Source: Thermoplasmata archaeon (GTDB taxonomy: Archaea > Thermoplasmatota > Thermoplasmata > Lutacidiplasmatales > UBA184). Taken from it: a stretch of 64,000 nucleotides of DNA. Position 1 is the stretch's first letter, and every line of letters starts with the position of its first letter. Below the pieces are notes generated by a model. The model was not told the origin of the DNA, did not search any database, and saw nothing but the letters and a program-made list of their open reading frames with translations. Shown here piece by piece: positions 9,740 to 19,370 of the stretch. The stretch lies in NCBI GenBank assembly GCA_022750155.1, contig JAKIWG010000001.1, forward strand, positions 17,138-81,137. Direction: 5' to 3'. A program made the translations under genes and the position numbers.

Positions 9740-10228
9740 ATGGTGCTCAAGCAGCTTTCGATGCGACTTCCCAACCGACCCGGAGCGTTGGCCGGGGTCG
9801 CACGCCTTCTCGCCGAACAGCGGATCAACCTGGCCGCGATCTCCGTCGACTCCTCCGGGGAGAAGGGGAACGTCCGTCTGGTCGTGAGCGACCCGGACCG
9901 GGCCCAGCGGACCCTGAAGAAGGCGGGCTACGCAGTAGTCTCCAAGGAGCTGCTAGCGATCCATCTGGAGGACCGGGCGGGCAGCTTCCTGCGGGTCCTG
10001 GAGGTTCTCGCCCTCGCGAAGGTCAACATCCGCTCGGTGGTGATCCTCGTCGCCCGCGAAGGCTCCGAGACGTTGGTGGCGATCGAGGCGGACAACCTTC
10101 CCAAGACCCGGAAGTCCCTCTCCCAATCCGGGTACATCTCCCGTACGGCGGAGCGGCTCGTGACGAACGCCGACCTGCTGGCCGGCGTACCGGCGATTCC
10201 CGCCGAATCGGTCGGCCTGTTGCTCTAG
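9740..10228 (+). CDS. ACT-domain protein (two ACT-like repeats)
   Basis: Start set at ATG 9740 (MVLKQLSMRLPNRPGALAGVARLLAEQRINL...). A second repeat reads LAIHLEDRAGSFLRVLEVLALAKVNI. Confidence 0.65.
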   Translation: MVLKQLSMRLPNRPGALAGVARLLAEQRINLAAISVDSSGEKGNVRLVVSDPDRAQRTLKKAGYAVVSKELLAIHLEDRAGSFLRVLEVLALAKVNIRSVVILVAREGSETLVAIEADNLPKTRKSLSQSGYISRTAERLVTNADLLAGVPAIPAESVGLLL

Positions 10229-10282
10229 GACGGGTCCATCGGCCCAAAGGCTGATGAGTCGCGACAACTCCGGGGCCGGCGC

Positions 10283-10355
10283 GCGGTTGTGGTCTAGCGG
10301 TCTAGGACGGTAGCTTCCCAAGCTACCTACTCGGGTTCAAATCCCGACAACCGCA
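10283..10355 (+). tRNA. tRNA-Gly (anticodon CCC)
   Basis: Manual cloverleaf: acceptor GCGGTTG/CAACCGC, D arm GTCT-AGCGGTCTA-GGAC, anticodon arm GTAGC-TTCCCAA-GCTAC, T arm TCGGG-TTCAAAT-CCCGA, discriminator A. Confidence 0.9.
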
Positions 10356-10357
10356 CT
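10342..10357 (+). repeat. attL core: 16-bp direct repeat TCCCGACAACCGCACT (3' end of tRNA-Gly)
   Basis: An exact second copy lies at 59907..59922. Confidence 0.8.
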
Positions 10358-10398
10358 CCCCTCTTGTTCATATCCCGTGAAGGCCCTACGTCAGAGCG

Positions 10399-11886
10399 AT
10401 GGCGAGGCGGAGAACCCCTCCGGACGACTCGTTCACCGACGTCCACTTCGTTCGGACCTACATCGGACACCGATTTGAGCAGCTGAACTCCGATGGTCCG
10501 GTGGGGGAGGAGAGCCGCCTCGGGCGAGCCGAACGCGACGCCATCCTGGAGTTCGTCAAGGAGCGCCAGGGTACGGTCGGGGAGCTCCGGGTCAGGACCT
10601 ACCTCGCTTGGCTTCCCCTTGCGTGCGCTCGACTTGGGGGCCAGTTCCTCGATCCCGGTCGCGAAGCCCCGGCCAGATTCAACGAGGTGTTTCCCACCAC
10701 CTCTTACGCCAGGGCGTCCCGTACTACGGTCGCTCAGTGTCTCGCCTCGTTCTGGCGTTGGCGGTTCGCGCGGATGGGGAAGGAGTACCCCTCCTGGCTA
10801 CGAATCAAGTTCGAGAAATGGAAACCGGTCAGCGGCGCCTCGGACATGCTCACTCGGGAGGACGTAGCCTCGATCGTCGAGCACGCGCAGAACTTCAGAG
10901 ACCGGGCATGGATCTGGACGCTCTTCAATTCCGGATGCCGCCCCGGGGAGATCTATCAACTCCGCGTGGGCGACGTGGTGCCCCATGACGAAGGGTACAT
11001 CGAATTGCGTGTGAACCGCGAGAAAGGCTCGGCTCCCGAACCTGCCCCGATCTACGAGGATGCCGTTCCGGCCCTTCTCGCCTGGCTGAACGCGCATCCG
11101 AGGCGCGAGGACCCCAAAGCCCCCCTTTGGGTCGACTTAGGGGGGAAACGGGGCGGGAAGGCGGCCACGTATCGAGCGATGTACAAGGCGCTCGAGAGTG
11201 CGGCACGACGATCGAAGATCGCCAAGCCGGTGACCGCCTATGCGCTCCGCCGGTCTCGCTTGACGATCCTGGCAAAGGACCCAGCGGTCTCGACCTCTAT
11301 TCTCGAGAAGGTCGCGGGTTGGGTCCCCGGCAGCAATGTTGCGCGACACTATGTCCACCTCAGCGGGAAAGACGTCATCGGAGCGTTAAATGCTCGATAC
11401 GGAGTGAAGACGGTCGGGTCCGGTGGGCGGACCGAAGTCCCACGGACTCCCTCCAAATGTGGGCGATGCAAGACGATCAATCCGGCGGGGGCATCATTCT
11501 GCTCGACCTGCGGCGGACCACTATCGCTTCCTGCGGTCAAGCAGATTGAAGAGGCGAGGGGCGCCGAGGAACGGCTCGCAGAACTCTTGAATCGGCCGGA
11601 AGCAGTCGAATTCCTGGCCAAGCTTCTGGCTGAGAACGGTGGGGACGCCCGGGTTCGTCATTCGGGAGGATCGGGCAGCAAGAGTGCAGTGGCCGAGAGC
11701 GGTGTCCCGGGTCCCGAGACCCATTCCCCAGGGGCACGGTCCCCTTCACTGCAACGGGTGGTTTCCCTAGCAGAGGCCGAGAGGCTCATCGGGTCGGGTT
11801 ACGAATTCGTGGCACCCTTGGGTTCGGATCGGGCCATACTCCGCTCCCCAGGTGGCCGAGCAGGAGACGGGGACAATACGACGTAG
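10399..11886 (+). CDS. tyrosine recombinase / integrase with C-terminal zinc-ribbon
   Basis: 495 aa. Catalytic-domain motifs CRPGEIYQLRVGDV (Arg I), YALRRSRLTILA (box II Arg) and NVARHYVHLS (Tyr region). Zinc ribbon CGRCKTINPAGASFCSTCG. Confidence 0.85.
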   Translation: MARRRTPPDDSFTDVHFVRTYIGHRFEQLNSDGPVGEESRLGRAERDAILEFVKERQGTVGELRVRTYLAWLPLACARLGGQFLDPGREAPARFNEVFPTTSYARASRTTVAQCLASFWRWRFARMGKEYPSWLRIKFEKWKPVSGASDMLTREDVASIVEHAQNFRDRAWIWTLFNSGCRPGEIYQLRVGDVVPHDEGYIELRVNREKGSAPEPAPIYEDAVPALLAWLNAHPRREDPKAPLWVDLGGKRGGKAATYRAMYKALESAARRSKIAKPVTAYALRRSRLTILAKDPAVSTSILEKVAGWVPGSNVARHYVHLSGKDVIGALNARYGVKTVGSGGRTEVPRTPSKCGRCKTINPAGASFCSTCGGPLSLPAVKQIEEARGAEERLAELLNRPEAVEFLAKLLAENGGDARVRHSGGSGSKSAVAESGVPGPETHSPGARSPSLQRVVSLAEAERLIGSGYEFVAPLGSDRAILRSPGGRAGDGDNTT

Positions 11887-12535
11887 GGGCAGCGGTCAGT
11901 CCGCTCCTTCGCGTCCGGACTCATGCTCCGGGGCCAGGAGGGCCGTGGTCACATTCCCAGTGGTGCTCGAAGGCCCCGTCCGCTGTCCTCTCGGAGGCCT
12001 CGGCCGCTTCACCCTCCCAGCCCGCTCGTCAGGAATGAAGTGTGCCGCGCAGGAGACTCCCTCGTGGGCGTTCGGATGAAAGGCCACGCCCTTGTGGGGA
12101 AATCCGGCGATAGACTCCGGGGGTTATACAATCCCGACGCTCCGCAATGGTCCTGGGCACCGGCGGTCCCCTAGGGGGTCACGAAGGGCTCGCGTTGGGG
12201 GCGAACTCCCCCTCGCGGGAATGCTCGGGGGCTCTCTCCAAGTACCTACAGGCGACCGTGATCGAAGAGCGCCCCCCGTTCTCGGCACTCGTCTTTCGAC
12301 ATGACCCCTAGGGCCGAGCCGGAAGGGCTGACCTCGTGTCCGGTGCAGCCGGCGGATCACCGCCGGTAGGAGTACCGACCTACGTACAAAAACTACCGCG
12401 TAGGTGAGCAACCTGAGGATTCCTTGCGAGTCCCGAGCCATCACCGGGACAGACCACACCTTCCAAAGAGGCCTCAAGGAGTTAAACTACCTCGTCCATG
12501 ACCGAGATCGATCCGGACCATGTCGCAGGGCTAAA

Positions 12536-13558
12536 ATGAATCCAGTTGAGATCCTGACTGAACTAGTCGAAAGACGGGACCTGCCACATGAGATCGCGCG
12601 TGATCTAATGGACCAAATCACCGAGGGGAAGGAAACCGCTCCTCAGATCGCAGCCATTCTAACTGCGCTGAGAATGAAAGGAGAGACCGCGGAAGAGCTT
12701 GCGGCCTTCGCGAGCGTGATGCGATTGAAGTCGTCTCACATCTCCCCCAAGGTGAGCGGGATTCTTGTCGACACCTGTGGGACAGGAGCGGCCCCGTTGC
12801 GCACGATCAACATATCGACGATAAGCGCCTTTGTTGTGGCCGCCGCCGGGGTGCCGGTGGCGAAACATGGGAACCGGTCGGTCACCAGTATCTGCGGAAG
12901 CGCCGATCTGGTCGAGGCGCTTGGAGCCAGAATCACTTCGACTCCCGCGGAGGTCCAGAGCGTGATTGAATCCGTCGGCATCGGGTTTCTCTTCGCCCCC
13001 TCCTTTCACCCTGCGATGAAGTACGCCGTTGCCCCGCGGAGGGAGATGGGCATCCGCACTGTCTTCAACATGATCGGACCTCTCACGAACCCTTCGGGAG
13101 CCCAAGCTCAGCTGCTCGGCGTGTATTCGCCCGACGTGATAGACCGAATGGCGGACGCACTAGGTCGGCTCGGCACCGGCCACTCGATGGTGGTGTATGG
13201 AGAGGGCGGTCTCGATGAACTCTCGACGATTGGGCCCTCACAGATATGCGAGGTGGAGGGCCACTCAGTGACTCGGCGGTACACTGTGACCCCTGAGGAC
13301 TTCGGATTCGCAGTGGCATCACCTGAGGATCTCACCGGCACAGCGCCCTCCGCAAGCGCTCGAATAACGAGGGAGATCCTGGGGGGGGAGCGAGGACCTA
13401 TGCGCGATGTGGTTGTACTCAATTCCGCCGCTGCCATCTACCTCGGAGGCAAGTCCGGGAGCATCGGCGATGCCGTTCCTCACGCCATCGAGAGCATAGA
13501 TTCCGGACGCGCTCTGGAGAAGCTCGATCAGTTTATCGCGGCGACCCAGCGAGCCTGA
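12536..13558 (+). CDS. anthranilate phosphoribosyltransferase-family protein (TrpD-like, divergent PRPP loop)
   Basis: Start set at ATG 12536 (MNPVEILTELV...). Family motifs VPVAKHGNRSVTS, CGSADLVEALG and GGLDELS are present. The canonical GTGGDG loop reads GTGAAP. Confidence 0.8.
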   Translation: MNPVEILTELVERRDLPHEIARDLMDQITEGKETAPQIAAILTALRMKGETAEELAAFASVMRLKSSHISPKVSGILVDTCGTGAAPLRTINISTISAFVVAAAGVPVAKHGNRSVTSICGSADLVEALGARITSTPAEVQSVIESVGIGFLFAPSFHPAMKYAVAPRREMGIRTVFNMIGPLTNPSGAQAQLLGVYSPDVIDRMADALGRLGTGHSMVVYGEGGLDELSTIGPSQICEVEGHSVTRRYTVTPEDFGFAVASPEDLTGTAPSASARITREILGGERGPMRDVVVLNSAAAIYLGGKSGSIGDAVPHAIESIDSGRALEKLDQFIAATQRA

Positions 13559-13561
13559 GCC

Positions 13562-14611
13562 GTGACGCCAGGCGCGCTCGCCGCGGAGCTCACGCCGCCC
13601 ATCCGGCAGATTCTGGATACGTTTCGGGACTATGTTGTGGTTTTGGATGCCGAGCGCAACATCCTGTTCGTAAATTCACGTTTCGAAGAAAAACGAGTTC
13701 TACCGGATCGCGACAAAATCGTGAACGAGCCTTTCTTCGGAGCAGTCGACTCATTCGCCGCCTTTCGAGATGAGGAATCGTTTCGGACGGCGTTCGATTT
13801 AGCGCTCGAACAGCGGAAGGAGCAGTTCGTACCGTTCTTGGGTCACGAGAGCAAGAGTGGAGAAAAGCACTACGATTTCACCATCGCCCCGATCTTCTCA
13901 AGCAAGGACCTCATCGGGTATGTATTGATCTTCCAAAGTCTGACGAAACTGCTGGACGAGATGTCCGACAATCTCGAGGTGGTCACCGCGATGGCTCACA
14001 CGCTCAAAAACGTCGTAAACAACATCGCCACTGAGATCGCCCATTTCCGGCAGGCGAGGGACGATGCGGTGCTCGACACCGTGTTCATCGAACTCCATCG
14101 GATCGAGAAGCTCGTCGAGAACATCGACCGACTGGGCCAGAGGCGCGCGCCGACCAAGACACGGTTCCTCCTCAGCACGCTCGTGTCGAACCTGAGGAGT
14201 CACTACGCGTCCTCCTTCAGACGGGAAATCCAAGCCGACATCGATGCCCAGCTGACCCTAAATGCTGACGAGGGCCAGATCGACGCGGTGCTAACCAATC
14301 TCATCGACAATGCATTGGAGGCCTCCCAGCCGGGGGACAAGGTGAACGTTCAGGGAACGACCGCCGGTGGCTTGGCGATAATCACCATCTCCAATTCCGG
14401 CTGTCTGGTCGAGGAGTCAATTCTTGCTAGGCTCAATGCGGGTGAACCATTCGTATCGACGAAGTCCATGCGGGGGAAGGGCGCGGGGCTCGGGTACTAC
14501 GTCTCTAAGCGGATAGTGGAGGGCCTCTACGGAGGTAAGTTGATCATTTCCAACGACGTGGAGAACACTGCGGTCATCGTAACGCTCGAGCTTCCCCTCG
14601 ACAGGGCTTGA
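13562..14611 (+). CDS. cytoplasmic PAS-domain sensor histidine kinase
   Basis: GTG start 3 nt after the trpD-like stop and no TM segment. PAS-like N-terminus, H-box MAHTLKNVVNNI, N-box LTNLIDNALEA and G2 box GKGAGLGYYVSKRIVE. Confidence 0.8.
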   Translation: MTPGALAAELTPPIRQILDTFRDYVVVLDAERNILFVNSRFEEKRVLPDRDKIVNEPFFGAVDSFAAFRDEESFRTAFDLALEQRKEQFVPFLGHESKSGEKHYDFTIAPIFSSKDLIGYVLIFQSLTKLLDEMSDNLEVVTAMAHTLKNVVNNIATEIAHFRQARDDAVLDTVFIELHRIEKLVENIDRLGQRRAPTKTRFLLSTLVSNLRSHYASSFRREIQADIDAQLTLNADEGQIDAVLTNLIDNALEASQPGDKVNVQGTTAGGLAIITISNSGCLVEESILARLNAGEPFVSTKSMRGKGAGLGYYVSKRIVEGLYGGKLIISNDVENTAVIVTLELPLDRA

Positions 14612-14614
14612 ACA

Positions 14615-16240
14615 TTGATTGGCCTCAAATTCCTACTGGTCGACGACGAGGATGACTTTTCGGATCATCTCGGGCCTCTACTCCGGGGATTCGGACTCGA
14701 GGGCTTTAGTCGAGTAACGAACGCCCAGTCCGCAGTCCGTGCGATCGAGCAGGAACAACCGGACGTGGTCCTCCTGAACTGGCACATCCTCGAGAACGAG
14801 ACGTCAACCGGGACGGCCAGCTTTCGACGCGATTATTCCGAGTCCGTTCTCCGGTTCGCCCTGGATTTCAGGGCCAAACATTCCATCGAGATGCGGGTAG
14901 GCCTCATATCTGCAGAACCCAAGCCCGAATCGGGTGCTCCCGGTTCCCGACCTCCATTGAGGGTGACAGACATCTCGGCGATCTACGGCGAGACGGACTT
15001 CTTCTTAGATAAGGGAACAGGACCTAGCTCCGTCTATCAGAGATTGGAGACATCCGACGACCAGTTCAAGAAATTCATCAGCGCCGAGGTGCGCTATAAT
15101 CCGGCCCTGGTCGTGAACTTCCGGGGGAAGCTGGCATCCAGCGTCGGGGTCGAACGGCTCCTGATGCGCCTTCTCCACGAGTTTGATTCGGCCGATGTCT
15201 TCCCGATTTCTTCGCGTGGAATGAGCGGGGCCGGAGTACTCCGTGTCGTTGCGTTTAGGGGAGGGGAACCCGCGAAAAACTTTCTTCTGAAGTACCACGG
15301 CGACTCGGTCAAGGTGAAACGAGAGCTTGACAACTACAGGAACAAGGTGTACGACGTTCTCCCAGCCGGGTCGTACTCCATCTACGACGAGCGACTCGGC
15401 ATGCGTTCGGATCGAGGGATCTCTGGATTCCTAAGCTCCTTCTTGGGCGAAGACTCTGCCCAGGTGAAACCCCTCAGCGACTACTGTGCGAGCGGCCGGG
15501 GAACTCCGGCCAAGACCGTGAAGCTTGCTCTGGACTACATGGAGCCGTGGTCGCGGGAGCTGGAGAATCCGCCTATTCGGCCCCGGATGTTCCAGGACCT
15601 CTACTTTCCAATCAATTTCGTCACCGGCAGCCAACTCTCCACGGCGTTTGACAATTCTCCGCTCGCCGCGGAGCTCACTCCGCTGTCGAGCATGGGTGGC
15701 GGCGGGCCCAAAATCAATGATCCGAGTCAACTCTTTGCGAGACTGGGGGACCTTCGCGGCACCGTCACGTGCCCCACGAGATTGTGCCACGGGGATCTCA
15801 ATTGCGAAAACGTCATGGTCAATTTTGCGACCGGGATCCCGTTCCTGATCGACTTTGCGGGAGTTCGGATGATGCCCAGGTATTGGGATCACATCGAGCT
15901 CGAATCAACATTGAAGCACCGCTTCATGAACGGGACTCCTGCCGACGCTGTCGAGCTCGAGCGAGTCATGTTGGAAGAGCCGTACTTCAAGACTCCACCT
16001 CCCTCGAATTCGGGCAAACGGGCCCTCACGCCTCTGTTGGCATCCCTCTGTCAGACGATCCGTCACCACGCCCTCGGGGACCGGGCTGTCTACGCCGCGC
16101 ACTGCGAGTATGTCTTCGGTCTCGTCTACTACACTCTTATCTATGCAAAGTACGACTCGCGGAAACCCGAGGAAACACAGTCTCTGATTCGCGCCCTGGC
16201 CTCCGCAACGTCCCTGGTGGATTGGCTCGAAGCGCAATAG
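14615..16240 (+). CDS. receiver-like domain fused to protein-kinase-like (APH/ChoK fold) domain
   Basis: TTG start 3 nt after the HK stop. REC-like FLLVDDEDD...PDVVLLNWHI, with Asn where the phospho-acceptor Asp is expected. Kinase-fold motifs GMSGAGVLRV, LLKY, CHGDLNCENVMV and LIDFAG. Confidence 0.75.
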   Translation: MIGLKFLLVDDEDDFSDHLGPLLRGFGLEGFSRVTNAQSAVRAIEQEQPDVVLLNWHILENETSTGTASFRRDYSESVLRFALDFRAKHSIEMRVGLISAEPKPESGAPGSRPPLRVTDISAIYGETDFFLDKGTGPSSVYQRLETSDDQFKKFISAEVRYNPALVVNFRGKLASSVGVERLLMRLLHEFDSADVFPISSRGMSGAGVLRVVAFRGGEPAKNFLLKYHGDSVKVKRELDNYRNKVYDVLPAGSYSIYDERLGMRSDRGISGFLSSFLGEDSAQVKPLSDYCASGRGTPAKTVKLALDYMEPWSRELENPPIRPRMFQDLYFPINFVTGSQLSTAFDNSPLAAELTPLSSMGGGGPKINDPSQLFARLGDLRGTVTCPTRLCHGDLNCENVMVNFATGIPFLIDFAGVRMMPRYWDHIELESTLKHRFMNGTPADAVELERVMLEEPYFKTPPPSNSGKRALTPLLASLCQTIRHHALGDRAVYAAHCEYVFGLVYYTLIYAKYDSRKPEETQSLIRALASATSLVDWLEAQ

Positions 16241-16259
16241 GCCACCGATCTCGGGCTCC

Positions 16260-16934
16260 TCAGCCAAATGCACCCCCGCCAACCACCTCGCCCAGGGCTA
16301 GGTGAGAGGTGACGTTGAGGGAAACCAGGCGTACTCCCTCCGGTTCTATGGCAATGGTCGTGATGCTCGCAGATTTCGTGTCGTGAGGAGCATACCTGTC
16401 GTAATCGAACTCGTTGCCGAGGGTGGCGATGTTGATAAGCATGTTCAGTGAAGAGCGAGTCAGGATGGCGACGATCGCTGGGGTGGGTGTTCGCATCCAG
16501 TCGGACCACACTGCTCTGACTCGTTCCTCGAAGTGGTGAATGTCCTCCCCCCCCGGTAGGGCGAGCCGGTCGACACGGAGATTACCCGCTCTCCACGCCT
16601 CCAAACGAGCGGCCGCCCCGGGGTCTGCGGCCGCTGCCTGAGCCCGCGATAGCCCCGCGAGTAGCCCGAGAGAAATTCCGCGCAAGCGCTCGTCTAGGAC
16701 AGTCTCAACCTTGAGCGCTGAGTAAAGATACTCAAGCGTCTCCAACACTTGGGGGACTCGGTGGCCATAGACCTCGAGCCGCCGCATCGCACTCTGGTAG
16801 GGCCTGAGGTATCGAGCAAGCCCCTCGCACTGCCGGATGCCGGTCGGAGTAAGTGAGGTGCCTCCGCCCCCGTGCCGATCCTCAAGATTCTTCTGTGCCT
16901 CGGGATGCCTAACCAAAAGGATCTCTCTCACCAT
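16260..16934 (-). CDS. histidine-phosphatase superfamily (PGAM-like) protein, tentative
   Basis: N-terminal LLVRHPEAQKN resembles the RHGE(T/S)xxN motif, and LPGGEDIHHFEERV resembles the GGES...R region. Convergent with the kinase operon. Confidence 0.5.
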   Translation of the reverse strand: MVREILLVRHPEAQKNLEDRHGGGGTSLTPTGIRQCEGLARYLRPYQSAMRRLEVYGHRVPQVLETLEYLYSALKVETVLDERLRGISLGLLAGLSRAQAAAADPGAAARLEAWRAGNLRVDRLALPGGEDIHHFEERVRAVWSDWMRTPTPAIVAILTRSSLNMLINIATLGNEFDYDRYAPHDTKSASITTIAIEPEGVRLVSLNVTSHLALGEVVGGGAFG

Positions 16935-17376
16935 GATCCGGATCCGACATTAGCAGGGCTGATAACGAACTGACCCGCCACAATTCGGAACCTCGGGTAG
17001 GGTTATCATCCCGGTGGTGAGGTCCTCGAGGGCGTGCCGGGGGGTTGCGTCGCACCCTCCGGAGGGCAAGCGGGTTTCGTTCTCCTAGTAAACTGGCCGT
17101 CCCTCACTTCGGGCCCCGTGAGCTACGAAAAAGTCTCTGACGCTGGAGGTACTCGGGAGTTGGCGTCCGGAGTCGATCTCCTTGTCCTCAAACTCACGAT
17201 ATCCTCCCGTTTTCGTCGCCGCCCTCACGCCAGTATTCGTAGTTCATCGGATCATCTGGCCGACTAGCTTGCCAGGGCTTCGGTCTCACCTCCAAGGGCC
17301 GGTTTTCGTCAGACCGGTACCTACTGCCCCGAGCTCGAAGTGCTGGTTTTGTGGCCATGAGGGGCCGGGCAACTTG

Positions 17377-17964
17377 CTAGGCGCGAATCCGCGTGTGCCT
17401 CTTACGCCATCGCCCCCAGGCATACTCTACCTCGCTCACCTTCAGGGGATGGCGACGAGCCTCGGCCAAGAGGGCCCGAGCTGAAGCCTCCGTTATCGGG
17501 GTCGCTGGAAGTAAGAAGGGACCTCCCCAAATGATTGCTGCTCGAGCGACGCTCGAAGTCACACCCGTCGTGAATACCGAGACCCGCAGGCGTGGATCGT
17601 CCCATGCCACGTGGCGCGCTCCCCTGCGGAGGGTATCGATAGAGATTTGCGAGCGGCCGACGCACACCGCTGCAGCTCGGCTCCCCTCGAACCAGTAGAA
17701 AAGCCATCCGGCGGCGACCGCCTCGATCGGAGTGAGAGCGAGTCCAGCGTCCCAGAGGGGGTTTCGGACCCACCACTCGGACTCCCCCCGAAGGATGTAC
17801 AAGAACAACAGCGAAACAAGGACGACCACGAAACCAAGCCACGCTTCGATGAACACGAGACCCCATCGTTCATTCCAATCCCTCCGGATTTCGAGGGAGA
17901 CCGGAGCCGAGAGGTCATTCGCCGGAGGAGTCGACGGCCGGCTCGAGGCTGGATAAACCGGCAT
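17377..17964 (-). CDS. hypothetical membrane protein (2 TM + soluble C-terminal domain)
   Basis: Start set at the internal ATG (MPVYPASS...). TM segments are WGLVFIEAWLGFVVVLVSLLFLYIL and ALTPIEAVAAGWLFYWF. The upstream 75 codons of the track ORF are R/P-rich. Confidence 0.5.
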   Translation of the reverse strand: MPVYPASSRPSTPPANDLSAPVSLEIRRDWNERWGLVFIEAWLGFVVVLVSLLFLYILRGESEWWVRNPLWDAGLALTPIEAVAAGWLFYWFEGSRAAAVCVGRSQISIDTLRRGARHVAWDDPRLRVSVFTTGVTSSVARAAIIWGGPFLLPATPITEASARALLAEARRHPLKVSEVEYAWGRWRKRHTRIRA

Positions 17965-18193
17965 CGCGTGGCCAACCAAAGCTTTCAATCGCGTAAAACT
18001 CAGGCTGGCCCAGCGTGGGGTGGTGGGAGGGTTCGGCCGAGGGTCGGATGCTCGAGTCCGGGCGAGCCGTCGTCTGGGTTGGGTCCGCTGACTGCGCACC
18101 CGATTGCCGGCAACGGGTCGAGCCGTGCGGGGCCTTTTCGGATCTGAACGAGTCCATCCGGGTGGAGCGGGACTCCCAAGAGCCACCAACTGA

Positions 18194-19288
18194 TCAGGTC
18201 TGAGGAATCGCCCGATTTCGGATGAAGAGCATCGACTCCTTGGGCTCCGTCATCGGGGTCTTGGAGCGCTTCCGGATCGGGCGTTGAGCGATGACTTGGA
18301 CCTTCCGCACCCGATCCTCGGCAGCGTGGCAGTACTTCTCGCTCTGGTCGATATGGATGAAATGACGCCCGTTCGCTTTCGCTACGGCTGCCACCGTACC
18401 AGTCCCCCCAAACGGATCCATGATTGTGTTCCCGCGATAGGTGAAGAATAGGAGGAGCTGACGAATTAGTTGCTCAGGGAACGTCGCTGGGTGCCCTGCG
18501 ACCCTTCGGGTGTCGGGCGGTATCTCCCAGACCCCGTCGGACCAATCGCGGAACTCCTCCGGCGAGATATCGATAGTCGAGGGATCGCCTTCGAGCTTCC
18601 AGCTCTGCTTGTGGAAGACTTCGACGTACTCCCAAGACGGGATCACATGTGGGTGGCGGGGGCTCTTCCAGCTTCCCCAGGCCGTTCGCGGCGCGCTCAT
18701 GTTCTGCTTCGCCCAGAGGATTTCCGCGCGATGCGTGAACTTGGCGGCACGGATGTCTCGAGATAGATCGTGGTGAAGCGGCACGAACTCGGCGATCCCT
18801 GTGGGAGCGACTTCAAGGGCGAGCCGCCCGCCCCGCTTGAGAACACGGAAGCATTCCTTCCACACCTCGCTGAGCCATGCACGGTATTCCGAGTACTGTC
18901 GCTTGTCGTCGTAATCGGAGTACTCTATTCCGACGTTGTAGGGCGGGGAGGTGACCACCATGTGCACCGAACTGCCCGGGACCCTACGCAGCTCGTCGAG
19001 CACGTCCGCGCGGACAATTCGGTCGAGCGGATACGGCTTCGACGGCTCCTCGACCTTCGGCGGGGGTGATCGCGCGGGGCGCAGGATCAAAGCATCGTCT
19101 TCGATACGCGCCGTCAGGCGTTCTCCCACATCCCAGGAGAGCTCCTCCACCTGACCTTTCGGGAGGATAGCGTAGAAGGAGCCGTAGTCGGGACGCTCCA
19201 TCGCCGAGCCACTCTTCAGCCGGGTCTTCCAGCTGAGACTGACCGGCTGCTCGCCGGCGACGTAGGGCTTCGCGGATTCCTCCTCCAT
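18194..19288 (-). CDS. DNA methyltransferase (N4/N6, PF01555-like) with N-terminal AbrB/SpoVT-like domain
   Basis: MVVTSPPYN and MDPFGGTGT motifs. N-terminal segment FYAILPKGQVEELSWDVGERLTARIEDDALILRP matches the swapped-hairpin AbrB/MazE pattern. Confidence 0.85.
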   Translation of the reverse strand: MEEESAKPYVAGEQPVSLSWKTRLKSGSAMERPDYGSFYAILPKGQVEELSWDVGERLTARIEDDALILRPARSPPPKVEEPSKPYPLDRIVRADVLDELRRVPGSSVHMVVTSPPYNVGIEYSDYDDKRQYSEYRAWLSEVWKECFRVLKRGGRLALEVAPTGIAEFVPLHHDLSRDIRAAKFTHRAEILWAKQNMSAPRTAWGSWKSPRHPHVIPSWEYVEVFHKQSWKLEGDPSTIDISPEEFRDWSDGVWEIPPDTRRVAGHPATFPEQLIRQLLLFFTYRGNTIMDPFGGTGTVAAVAKANGRHFIHIDQSEKYCHAAEDRVRKVQVIAQRPIRKRSKTPMTEPKESMLFIRNRAIPQT

Positions 19289-19370
19289 GGATGGTGCAGG
19301 GTGAGTTCCGGACTTAAGGCTTGAGGTACCCCGGCACGAAGCGGGTAGGGGTACCCGCGTTACTGCTCCG

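Noticed and set aside
4243-9887. Long ORFs 4243..6099 (+), 6789..8960 (+), 7282..9828 (-) and 8967..9887 (+) over the pilus operon
   Set aside because: These are shadow frames of the well-supported minus-strand pilus genes. Their D/R/G/L/V-rich repetitive translations carry no motifs.
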